Assembly: GCA_049999805.1 (NCBI GenBank)
Contig: JBNGIO010006183.1
Coordinates: 186,414-231,939, forward strand
DNA from: Folioceros fuciformis
Lineage: Eukaryota
DNA: 45,526 bases
Reading direction: 5' to 3'
Shown: one piece after another, positions 25,838-37,400 of the stretch
Numbering within the stretch: the first letter of the stretch is position 1
Layout of the letters: every line of letters starts with the position of its first letter
Program-made: the position numbers and the translations under genes
The notes under the pieces: generated by a model
Database searches by the model: none
The model's input: only the letters and a program-made list of their open reading frames with translations
What the model was told of the DNA's origin: nothing

Positions 25838-25866
25838 TAGGCTAGGCTAGGCTAGGCTAGGCTAGG
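25838..25866. repeat. (TAGGC)n pentanucleotide microsatellite
   Basis: taggctaggctaggctaggctaggctagg. Confidence 0.9.
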
Positions 25867-27001
25867 ATATGGTACGTGCCAACGCGAAGGCCAGGTTCGA
25901 TCGACACCCGCCGCAAATGCACATGCAAATTGCAAAGCAAAAGCAAACGCAAAAGCAAACGCCCCGTAAACAAACAGTGAGGAGAAGTACTGTATGTAGC
26001 AGAAAGCAAGAGAAAGGTACAGCAGGGTCTCCAGAACATGGGGCCGGCCGGGCCCAGGCCGTGGTCCCATGCGTGGAGCGCATCGGGTGTGGGCCGAAGG
26101 TCCAGCGAAGCATGGTGCACGACTGGGGTCAACCACGGCATGACCGGCGGTGGGCGGTGAAAGGTCCAAAACAAGACACGAGCGGGCTCCGCAAAAGGGG
26201 TTGCTGACGGCGTCAAGTCATGTTGGCGACTGGGCAAGCGAGTTGCTCTCCCACGCTGTGTCAGCGGCGTCGCAGCGCGGCGGTGTGAACAGGACCGGGG
26301 GGCAGGTGCAGGACCTTCCTGGGCAGGTGTTTTGCGTTTCAACATCAAAAATGCACGCCATGTTGCTTTGCTCCCTTCTCTCATCTCTCCTCTGGTCTGC
26401 AGATTTCGGTGGACGCTACTACTGCTAGCAGGCTGGAGCTGGCTGCCCCCAGCTTGCTGCTGCTGCCCTCCTGCCGCTGTCTGGCTCCAGCGAGCTCCCA
26501 TCTGGCCAGCATCGTCGCCGTGTGATCTCCTCGCTGGTTGTCGGCAAGGCTTCGCCGTTGCTGCCGGTTCCCTTCCTCTGCCGCGGCCTTGGCATAGTGC
26601 GGTTGTGCTGTGCTGGAGTGGAGTGGAGTGTGGGAGACGCGTGCTGGGATCGCGCCCGTCAGGAATTGTCCCTCGCACCGTGGTGTACATCCCGCTTGTC
26701 AGCTCTGCTTGCCCCGCTCCCGCTGCGTTGTAACATTCAGGCTGTTGAGCCTCAGCTGGAAGTAAGGAGAATGTGCTGGTGTGAAGCAGCGGCAGCTCGG
26801 GAGGGATATGTATGCTTTGCGCACGGGAGGATCTGCAGGGATTGAGCCACTTGACGAGGCGCAGATCCAGTTGCGAGGGTCGCCTGACTAGACTCGGATG
26901 GTGCAGCAGCGTCTTGACGCCGACCCTGGCCGCCGGGGGACATGAGATTTTGATTTCGCTCCGCGCCGCGCCCCGTCCCGCCCCGCTCGACAAGGAAAGG
27001 T

Positions 27002-27009
27002 TATAAATA
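27002..27009 (+). promoter_or_regulatory. TATA box of the Pro-rich membrane protein gene
   Basis: TATAAATA about 60 nt upstream of ATG 27069. Confidence 0.55.
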
Positions 27010-27068
27010 TCATCTGGCACTTGAGTTGGATAGCCTGGCTGAAATCCATGTGAGCTCAAGAATTGGCG

Positions 27069-27851
27069 ATGAGGGGTGGTATGCAACATGAGTACGGCGG
27101 GGTGCGCCACACATTCCCTAACGTCACAGTGTGTCATAGGTTCCGGCCATCCTGCTTGCTGCTCCTATCCATCTTTGCACTGCTTGCTTCCTCTCTATGC
27201 GCTCCTGCTTCCGGCGCTACTTGTGTTACTCGCTCTGGTTCTTCTCTTGATGAACACCCTGTATCTCTTTCGAAGACCAATCATACTACGGTGAGTTTGT
27301 CTAAGACTGCCCCGCCTTCGAATCCCTGCAAGGCCGGGCCCCCACTTCCTGACCCTTCCAACCAGATGTCTCCTCCCCGTCCACCTGTCCCTCTCCCTGC
27401 TCCTGCTGCTGCTCCTACTCATCCACCTCGTCTTGGTGATCCTGTCGCCCGTTTGTCTCCTGTTCATACCCCTACTCTCATTCCCCCTGCTGCTCCTGCC
27501 CCAGGTACTCCCAGCCGATATCCTGTGGAACCCCCTCTTCCTCTTGCCCCTGTTCCGCCAGCAAATACTCCCGGACCAGAGTCTGAGGAACCCCCTCCTC
27601 GTCCTGCCCCTGTTCCGCCAGCAGGTACTCCCGGACCAGAGCCTGAGGAAACCCCTGCTCCGTTTCCAAGTCTACCGGAAAGGACAGCAGGCATGACGGG
27701 TGGAGCCAAAGCGGGTATAGCTTTGGCTTCCTTGGCGGGACTGCTGCAGGTGGTGGTGGTCATTTTTCTCATGGCTAGACGAAGGCAACTGATCAAGGGC
27801 ATCAATCAGCCTGCGGACTGGGGTCAGGGGAGGGATTCACGGATTCTGTAG
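27069..27851 (+). CDS. Proline-rich (HRGP/AGP-like) type I single-pass membrane protein, intronless, function unknown
   Basis: Hydrophobic signal LLLLSIFALLASSLCA; P/A/T/S-rich ectodomain with a 60-bp duplication (27528-27647); GMTGGAKAGIALASLAGLLQVVVVIFLMA TM followed by RRR and a short tail; TATA upstream. Confidence 0.75.
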   Translation: MRGGMQHEYGGVRHTFPNVTVCHRFRPSCLLLLSIFALLASSLCAPASGATCVTRSGSSLDEHPVSLSKTNHTTVSLSKTAPPSNPCKAGPPLPDPSNQMSPPRPPVPLPAPAAAPTHPPRLGDPVARLSPVHTPTLIPPAAPAPGTPSRYPVEPPLPLAPVPPANTPGPESEEPPPRPAPVPPAGTPGPEPEETPAPFPSLPERTAGMTGGAKAGIALASLAGLLQVVVVIFLMARRRQLIKGINQPADWGQGRDSRIL

Positions 27852-29807
27852 GAAGCTACCATATATGTAGCAGCATGGCAGGAATACCGTCTCGTAGAGG
27901 AGGGTACAATGGCGACCGTCACCAGCTGGATAAGGCCAGCATTCAACATCTGAGTTTCGTCCTGAAATAGGGCTGTGTAGGGCAGGGATATTGTGATTGT
28001 AGGTGTGAGTGAGCTTGGTTGGATTCTGCTTTTCATCCCAGTTGCCACACTAATGTGCGATACGAGTCTCGCAAGTGGTGGGTATGCGCTCCTGTGATAC
28101 TTTTATCAGTACACGTATCCTTGCGCTGCGTGGTGTCAAATCATCTGGTCAGGCAGGAGGAAGGGTGAGTGAGTAGAGGGTTTGTTTGTTACCATCTGCT
28201 TATGAGAAGTCAAATGTGGCCTAGCCTTAGAGGGCCTTGCCTTCTTGGGAATGCATCCACCACCCTCTCGACTTCTCCTTCCTGCATTACCACTTGGCAT
28301 CCGGATCCTTTCGGCACTGAAGGTCTGCATGGTGGTTGAGGAAGCTGCAAGTCGAAGCTGTGTGGAACATCCGCTTCTCAAACGCATGATGGATTTTCAT
28401 GTGCCGAGCTTCTGGGTTCGGTTTTGTTGCCACCGGCTGCCACAATGTGTACTTTTATGGAAGACACCGTCAAGTGCAAATACTGCGTTAGTAATGCGCC
28501 CCAAGGAAAGATACATAAACTTGTTCTCACTCCATATCCAGTCTATACTTGCTGAGAGTCTCGTCGAGGTCAAGCCGTGGGGTTGGTACGACGAAGCCGG
28601 GTGAGCCTCGGTATGAGCAACGTCGGGGTGACACGATCCCCGGTCCACATGTAAGGAAGATGCAGCGTAGAAGGGACATTCTCTTTTTAAAAGTCATTTT
28701 CACATGATAAAAATCCTGGGAGAGCACATCCCACTTCACAGTCACGGGCAACGCAACTGGCCCGCTCGCCAGTGCCCCGTTGCGAAACCCGTCATGCACC
28801 TGCAACCCCCGACTTTGTCGCTCACGCCACCATGATTCCTGACCAGGCAATAAAAGAATGATCCCGTAAGCCGCCTACGGTACGTGCACCAGTGGCCGAC
28901 ACCAGGCAATAGACAATCCGCATTGCTGTGCAGTCCCGCAACAACCTCTTACATCATCCTGACTTCATGCCCGATCCGCTGTTTGCAGATAGCAGAGATG
29001 GCTAATCAGCCAGCCTCCTGCAGCCTTATTCACCACTCAGCGCCACGACGGCACCATATCCGGTCACTGCAAACGCAACGCAGCACGATTCAAGGCTTCA
29101 GTATCGAACAAACAAAGAGAGCTGCCAATCATTCGGCAGCCGTCATCCCGCTGTAAGCGCTGTCCGTCTCTGCGAGCGTTTCTCCACCTTGGGCTGGCTG
29201 GATGGATGGATGGATGGATGAACGGAAGGAGAGTGAATCTCACACAAACGCCAGATGCCCCCTCCGTCGTGAGAGGCAGCCCTAGGTGACCAGAGCCAGC
29301 CAGCCAGGCCAGCCCTGGAGGCAGCCAGAGCGAATGCCATGTATGTATATTGTATGTACAGTATCCAGCTGTCTTGCGCTCACCGGGGTGCATGGCACGG
29401 AGGTCCATGTATGTATGTATGAAAATGTCCACGATGCAGCCCTCGTGCATACCCACCCGAAGTGGTTTGAACGTGGCGGTTAACTCGTAGGCCATTCTAA
29501 GACCACGAATTGCATCAAAGCTAAACGAGACATGCGGAACGGGAACGAATAAAACAATACTGAAAAACACGTACAACAGCATGCATACACAAATGTGCAC
29601 ACTGTGTGTGAAGTGTTTTCCGTTTCGCTTTAACCTGAGGAACGCGCCAAAGGGTATAAGAAAGGGGTCGAGCCGCTCAAGACGCTTCCCTGCCTGCCTC
29701 CTGCTCCCGCTGCCCCCGCTGCTGCTGGTGCTGCGGCTGCGGCGGTGCAAACCGTGCCTTCTTTCTCTCCCGCCTGGGACGCCACCGCAGCGGCCAGGGC
29801 CAGGGCC

Positions 29808-31074
29808 ATGGCGGACGAACCTTGCTCTTCGGATGACGACAAGGACTATGATCCCACGCAGGACATGACCGCCAAGCAAGGTCCCCTCCTTTCTCTCCTC
29901 TCCTCCCCTCTCTGCTTCTCCTCGCATCTGTCCTTTCTGTCCATTTTACCGAAATGCGGAGCGGCGGTTGCTCAGCCACGCGTTGCGCCCGCTTGTGTTG
30001 CGTCCGGATTTTTATTTTTTTTGCCTTACTGCTTGTTTGCGCATCTGGCTGATTTTTCACTCTGCTGGTTGCCTGGGATGAATCGCAGCGACGAAGGCCA
30101 AAATTAATGCTATCTGGGAGGAGATGAATGCGAAGAACACTGCGATGGCAGCGCAAGAGTCCGCGCGGGCGTCCTCGTTGGCAGCTGGAGGTGAGGCTTG
30201 GTATTGTCAGTACAGTTTAAGCAAGCACACATTGTTACCTCTTTGCTATCCGAGATTTCGCAGCGTGGGGATGTGGGAAGGATTGCTTTGCTGCAGTCGT
30301 GTGATCGGGCTCGCTGCAGGCCGGTGTGGGAGAAATTCGGGTCGCATCAATTTTGGAGCCATTGTTGGATGCCAATTACAGAGCCTGTTAGTGTACTTAC
30401 TGTTGTGATGTGGACTGTGGCAGCAAACAAGGCCAAAATCTCCGCTATTTGGGAGCAGATGAATGCCAGGAGCAATTCCATAGTTGTTCAGAAATTGACA
30501 AAGCCAGCAGCATCCGGAGCTGATGGACGAAGCAAAGTGAGCGAGCAAATTGCTGCTGCAGCCAAAGCAGCAGCTGCATTAGTGAAGACCGAGGTGCGCA
30601 CTCTCTCTATTTTGGGCGGTCTATCCTGGGAAATGGAAATTGGCTGTTGCCGAACGCGTGATCAGCATATGTCATGATTGTGCTCTTCTTGTCATGTCTT
30701 GGCAGCCCGAGGCACTTGCGGCGGAGCAGGCGAACGTGTTGAAATCCTCGGATCTGCAATCAAAAGCAGCTGAAGCTGTAGAACGGAAGGCTAAAATGGT
30801 GGCATCGTCATCAAGAGGCTTGGATGCGCTACTTCAGCAGATATCGAAAAAGCCTAAGATCAGTGTTCTAGATAAGTCCAGACAGGACTGGGGCCAATTT
30901 AAGGAGGAGAAGGGACTGGAGGACGAGTTGGAGGCTTACAAAAAAAGCGGAGACAAGTATTTAGACAAGGTTGCTTTCCTACAGCGGGCTGATGTCAGAG
31001 AGTACGAGAAAGAGCGGGAAGTTAGGTTAGCCATGCAGGCAAAGAGGCGGAATGAAGCATCATACAGGGAATGA
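29808..31074 (+). CDS. CFDP1: Craniofacial development protein 1 / BCNT / SWC5 (SWR1 complex subunit), 4 exons
   Basis: Acidic N-terminus SSDDDKDYDP and BCNT C-terminal domain GLDALLQQISKKPKISVLDKSRQDWGQFKEEKGLEDELEAYKKSGDKYLDKVAFLQRADVREYEKER. Exons 29808-29880, 30089-30190, 30424-30593, 30706-31074. Confidence 0.9.
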
Positions 31075-31554
31075 CATGTACATAACATAGTCACGTAGTA
31101 CGTCGTGTAGGGTTTTAGAAATGGGAGGAATCGCGGGCATCCAGTGGAGTCTTCTCTTGATGAGGATCACACCGGCGGAGTGCAGCAGGTTGCAGCTGGC
31201 CAGGCTGATACGAGCACCGTGCCTCTCCTGCCAAGACGCGTTTGCCTCACCTGGCCTGACATGTATTTTACTGACCAGGGATTTTGCCCTAAAGCAACTG
31301 ACACGAACCTCAGAAATAACCCGGTTGTTTTCATGCCCCCGAGTTAACCTAGGCAGATGTGTACTTTGGGCAGCAGCCTACACTTCTCACCGTACTGCAT
31401 CTGTAATCCTTCAGCTGACAGACTGTGGCGTTCAGTGTACCATACTGCCAATCGCCAAGGCGACAGGGAGGAAAGCAAGGACATAAATAACTGCTGTGGC
31501 TTATATATAGTACAAGCGGTTCCAAAAGCCTATTGTACAAATGACAACAAGGCA

Positions 31555-34500
31555 TCACTTCTGCTTTTGCCTATTGCTGAGAACTAGGCAGAAGAGAGCC
31601 ACAATGCGTGCAACCGCACCGTAAACAAAAAGAATACTCAGGCACAGGGGCAAGTGGTCCAGCCGATACCGCCCCTTGAACAGCACCTGACAGCGAGTAA
31701 TTAACCACACCCCCGAGTACCTGTCCCGAATTCGGCCACCCGATGTAAGCAACGGCAAGCGAGACAGGCGCAGGAAACGGAGGGGAAGAAATTTGTGGAA
31801 GTCAGGAGGGTGTGTGGTGTACCTTTCAGCATTCACAAGGACGTAGGCCTCCAGCGCCCAACGTGCAAAGCTACCGTAGGCTATGTAGCGGATGTACCCT
31901 GTCGTTTTGGTGGCAAGAAGTGTCCCAAGAATGGACACAAACACGGACCACTGCAAAGAACCAAGCACAGGATGAAGCACACCAGAGCAGACCACAAACC
32001 AGACGCGGCAGGCGCAGTGAAGTGAACAGGGATACCGAGGGGGTAGCCTCATCACTCACCAGCTGCGCGGGCCCAGGCTGGAGAAGAATTGCAAAAATGT
32101 AGCCAATTCCAGTCACACAATATACTAGAGCTAGAGTCACAACAAAGTTCCACAAGAATGTCGACCGCGGATCGTTGAAAAAGTAAAACAAGGCAAGATA
32201 AACAAGAGGCTTGATGACGACGTTGAAGAGGTCGACAGCATCCTTGGCGAGGAAGAAGGCGTATCTGTTGATTCCAGATGCACTTTCTCGCCAGTACTGA
32301 AGCTTGTCGTTGGAGAAGGTTCTCAATGCTGCAATCATGCACAGAAGAGCTGCAAACATGAAATGCACCAGTTAGCTGCTACAGAGATGAGAGCCTCCGG
32401 TTTCGAGTCCCCCCTCAACGTACAATGAACTGGCTCTCAGCCACACCACAGCACTTACCTACGGCTATGACGGTGTAAGTATACCCCGTCGAACCCAGAT
32501 TCGTATCCTTCACATCAGACAGAAATCCTAGGCTGGCTCCAGCCAAAAGCAAGATAACGTAGTCCTGCGCCTGGAGTCGCGCTTCTCGAAATCTTTGTAA
32601 TGCAACGCTGGAAACAGATTTGACATAACTAGAATTCAGACGACACACCACGACGTTCAGACCGGGCAGAAACACAACACAGTGACTTACCGCCTTAAAA
32701 TCACATCAAACTGGTTGAAAAAGCCCGGAGTCTTCCGTCCCGAATGATCCTCTACCTTGGTGAATGCACTCTTGATATTATCCAGATTCACAGCCACGTA
32801 CACCCTAAGCTCTTGGTAAAGCTCATAAGTAAAGCTTGTAGTTTTGTCCACTATTCCCGGAGATCCCTGTGACTTGCTCCGCTTGGAAGGAGTAGCATCA
32901 GGTGCCAGACCTTGCAAGTCCTCTGGGATTCGGTACCCATTATGGGTCATCCACATCACTGGAAGAATAGTTTGGTCGAAATTTGGATCTCCTATTCAGC
33001 ATCAACATCCAAGTTCGGTTGCTTAACTGTGACTGTGAAGGAAGCCACACACGGAATGGTGCACACCAGCAATTATTAAGGATGGTGCACCACGCCCTCA
33101 CTTGCAGTGCTGCGTAACACCACCGTACTTACCATCGGGCTTCACAACTCCCGCAAGAATGTCAAGGAAATGGTCAGGCGGGTTTATTCGTTCAGGTACA
33201 ACGACTCCAAGATCGGCGAAATACTCCTCGACATCCACAACTGGACCCAAGTACACGGTCCGTCCACCTTTCGCCAAGAACATCACGTCGTCGAACATCC
33301 TAAACAGCCCATAGCTGCAAGATGCAGTATGACATGTGTAAGCAAAAAAGTAATCCTCAGTGGCAGCAGAAGCTGGTAAGAAGGTGGTGCCTCAACCGAA
33401 ATTGGCTACCTTGGTTGATGAACAACAACAGCGACGTTCACACCAACCAACGCTTCTCGCCTTAGAGCTTGGAGCACCAACCGTGAGGATGTACTGTCCA
33501 GGCCTGAGGTAGGTTCATCGAGGATCAGCAAGGACGGTTCCATGACCATCTCAAGGCCCACATTTACCCTCTTCCGTTGGCCACCAGAAATACCACGCTT
33601 CTCGACAGTTCCCACGCGAGAGTCCCTGATATTGCCCAAACCTAGTGCATTTATGATTCTTTCAACCACAAAAACTTTCTCCCGCTTTGGCATGTCGACG
33701 GGGAGTCTGCAGAAAATGACACGCAGGTGAGTATCCCACTCAACATGCACAGGACTCCGGGGCTGTCACGAAAACGTACAACAACTATGGTCTTCCACTA
33801 AGATCACACAATGCGTCGTCATACCTATACTTGGCACTGAACCACAGATTCTCTTCCACAGTCAAGCTCCCATGGACGATATCATCTTGAGGTACGAAGC
33901 CAATGATCCTTCTATATCCCTGAATTGATCCTGGTTGACCGTTGATCCTAACGTGCCCCGTGGTGTAGCTGTGGTTCGCTTTTCCAGCTATTGCATTAAG
34001 AAAAACGGTCTTCCCAGCACCAGATGGACCCATCACCGCTGTTATACGGCCAGGAGACAACTTCCCTGTGACATTAGACAGAATTTTTTTTCCACTGCCT
34101 TTGAGGATCAGGCAAAGATCCTCAAACACAAGCTCGATGGGGGGCCGTCGACTTCCTTGAAGCATCTCTGCATACTCTTTCTGTGCCAACAGATCCCCCA
34201 TAGTAAACTTTTCACGTTCGATCTGCCCATAAGCATACTTGAAGATTTGACTGCGACTTTGATTCAAATTAGGACTGTTATTCACGGCTCGTTCGGCCTG
34301 ACGGTCTTCGACATAGCCATCCGTAGGGATGTTGACTGGTGGGGCTTCAATACTGGGATACAGATCCTCATAGTCTGTCTGAAACTCAACAGAGGAGAAA
34401 TCAGTGACACTTTGCCCAAGAGATTCATCCTCATTGATTGTTGCAGAAGCCAGCATGCTGAGTTCGCGCGATTTGGCTGCTGCTGATGCAGATTTGTAAC

Positions 34501-36548
34501 TTCTCGCATCCGAATCAGGACTGTCAGAGTACTTTGACGGTTTGCTACGCCTGGAGAAAGTTCGACTGAGCTGACCAGAGAAGTTCTTCGCTTGGCGCTT
34601 TGCTAAATTCTTCCATCTCTCGCCAGCTGATATATACTGCCTGGCTTGATACGCAGCTGTTTCACGAGCTTTGGCTCTGCGCCTTTCCCGGAGATGCATG
34701 ACATGATCGGAGCAATTATAAACCAGGAGGAGCAACAGAGCGAGCACGATCTGCAAAGCAATTTCAGAATTGAGATGAAACAGTGAACCCGTCCCTCAGG
34801 AGGCAAAACCACCCAGCACGAGAAAAGATGATAAGAGTGCTTACAATCAATAACAGTCCATATCCATGGAGATTTTCACTACTCTGCTTTGCATCACACT
34901 TGGTCAATCGTGAGCACGCTGCAAAGAAGCACCAAAGACGGCAGCAGAGAGTGAAATGCGGTGGACAGGTGATCACCCAAGCTTTACAAACAGCAAGTGA
35001 GCCAGATCCAAGGTCGAAGGGCAAATAACTTCTTACCACTCTGGCGAGTGGACCCCTGTCTGCAGTAGTGCCTGTGTAGGTTGCGTAAAGAAGGACAGCA
35101 CAGCTCAGGATCCAACAAATACTTGCGACAACAGGTCATCGATGAAAGCCAACACAGGACTGAAGAAACTTTGAAGTGATGACTTGCTCACCCTTCCTCA
35201 CATTCGAGCTTTTCCGTGGTGGCAGGGCAATAATGTCCACCCTCACAAAAGATGCCAGGAGTAAAATTAACTCCACTCCACATGTCTGCACCACCACAGG
35301 ACTGGTTGCCATGCGCAGGAGACATCTGGTATCCATACCTGGACAGGACCAACCCCAAATGCCATGAGGAAGCTGCCAAAGGGGCACCTTCCTGCCCGTC
35401 CAACACGAAATGGTTCGGTACTTACGGTAAGCATAAACCACCAGGCTCCCAAAAGGATGCCAAGGGGCAATAAGCGCCAAGAGGACAAGCTACAAAGCAG
35501 GACGTTGCAAGCTGTCAGGGCCCTTGAGGCAGAGCCAGGCATGTCACAAATGCAAAAAGCAGCGCAGCTCACTTACGGATCATGCACGTGAGCCCCTTGG
35601 GACAGAAGAAGCCAGCACAACATGGCTGCGGGTCGAACAGCCGCAGAGGGAGCGTGTTGGGAGCGGCCTGCGGCGAGGGGGCTAGGTCGTTGTTAGGGTC
35701 AGACGAGGAGGCTGCCCATCCAGGCTCGCAGGCCAGGGGCCACGAGAAGTGATTACAGTTGGAATTGAAGGGAGGGAATGCCGGGTTGGGAATGGCCGCC
35801 AAGTAGGCTTGCAGCTCCGACTCCCCGCACAACCTAGTGTCGATGTCGTCTGCATAAGGACCACCAGTGCAAGGATTCAGCACACAAGGGAAGGCGACGA
35901 GAGCGCACAGGAGCAGGAGGCGGGAAGGAAGAGCTTGCCGTACTGTATTCGCTGTAGCAGTCCTCCAGGAAGCCCACGTCGTGCGAGAAGTCGAACGCAT
36001 TGTTCCTGTCCCGAATGCTGCAGTCACACCCAAACATTCGGCCCGGAGCCTGGGAATGTGAGGCCTGTCCGAGCCCTACCCAAGAAGCGAATCATGGAGA
36101 CCAGGTAACGCAATGGCCGTCACCTGTCGATGATGCAGAAGCTGTACTGTTCCGCTACCTTCCGAGTGAGAGTATCCGCACGCACTTTTAGATGGTCCAC
36201 CAGCGCAGCCGGAGGGGGGGCCGGGAGAACTGGCGGCGGATACCCCAGCTCGAACCCCGGTGGGAGCTGCAGTCCCGGGGGGACCGAATAGCCCGCTATC
36301 GGAGGAGCACGCAGCGTCGGGATGCCATTCACGGGAGCCGGCGGCGAGGAGAATCTAAAACCCTGGGAGGCGGCGGATCTGACGAGCAGGAAGAGGTGAA
36401 GCAGCAACAACACGCTAGCTCTGCTGGGCCACAATCTCCAATCCCGCCTTGGCTCCAGCCGGATCTCCTGCTGCATACCTCGAGCTGCCCAATTCCGGAT
36501 CCTACTTCCCGTCACTCTGCGGCAGCTTGCGTCAGGATCCTCACCCAT
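31555..36548 (-). CDS. ABCG half transporter, ABCG24/ABCG28/WBC30-like, with Cys-rich N-terminal ectodomain, multi-exon
   Basis: Signal/Pro-rich N-terminus; Cys-rich domain ([46 protein letters not shown]); Walker [19 protein letters not shown]; signature ISGGQRKRV; Walker [20 protein letters not shown]2-type TMD ([24 protein letters not shown]). The start is 36548 or 36476. Confidence 0.93.
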
Positions 36549-37400
36549 TGCAGGAAGAATCCGGCAATGGAATGCTGGCACTACTGCTGCGTCTCTGCCG
36601 GGGATGCTTACATGCCACCACTCCTGCAGTGCTTGCAGCTCAGCGTCCAGAATCCGAGGAGGTGTCGAAGGGGAGGAGCGCTTCAGCACCCGCCAGCAGC
36701 AGCGTCCGCAGCGAGCACACGAGATGATAGCGACGCCAGATCCAGGCCAAGCCCAGCCTCAGCCGCCAGCCTCGGTCAGGACATCCGTCGCCTGGATGTG
36801 AGCGGGGGCTCGCAGGACAAGACGGCACGCCGTGGATGTGACATACCGTGAAACGAGGAACAGGAGGAGGCGGCGATGCGAAGGGACCGCGCGTCAGCAG
36901 TGACCCGCAGCCCTTTAGTGCACCGCACTGCGCGCTGCTGAGCTCTGCCACCAGGTTGCCGCGGTTCCCGGAAATCCGTGGATGGCCGCAGCGTCTGCGA
37001 AATGGGCCACCACAAGAGGGGTGAGAAAAGCGCTCCATACGTGTAGCTGGCCAGCGGGAGGCAAAAAATGGTGGCTTGCACACAACTTCCGGCTGGATTG
37101 ACGCGGCGGGGCGGGAGGGGCTGCCTCCAAGGCGTTTTTGTGGGTCCTCGTTGGGTTGACCCCGCGCCACCCCAGCCAACTTTGCTTTGCTTTGCTGCCC
37201 ATGGCTTTGCTCTCCTCCACATGAGATAAACGTAGGCCATAGCTTTAATCCCATACATTGCGTTCCGTTATGGCGGTTGCGAAGAGCCGGGTCCCGGGAC
37301 CCGCACCGCACAACTTAAGCTAGGGCAAACTAGCCGTTTTGCTTCGTCTTGCTTTTAGGGTTTCTCTTCGGCACTGAGAGCTGCGTGCTCGGGCGAGCGC

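Noticed and set aside
25857-27137. 426-aa minus-strand ORF
   Set aside because: Non-ATG start, no domain, runs through microsatellite and promoter sequence between two divergent genes
28586-28740. Short stems (cgacg/cgtcg, gggg/cccc), a T-run at ~28684 and a USE-like atcccac at ~28728, considered as an snRNA or other Pol III RNA
   Set aside because: No match to U1-U6, U11/U12, 7SL, MRP or a telomerase template that I can recognise; the USE-like motif is on the wrong side and has no TATA at the right spacing
29064-29927. 287-aa minus-strand ORF
   Set aside because: Antisense to the CFDP1 5' region, crosses simple repeats, no domain
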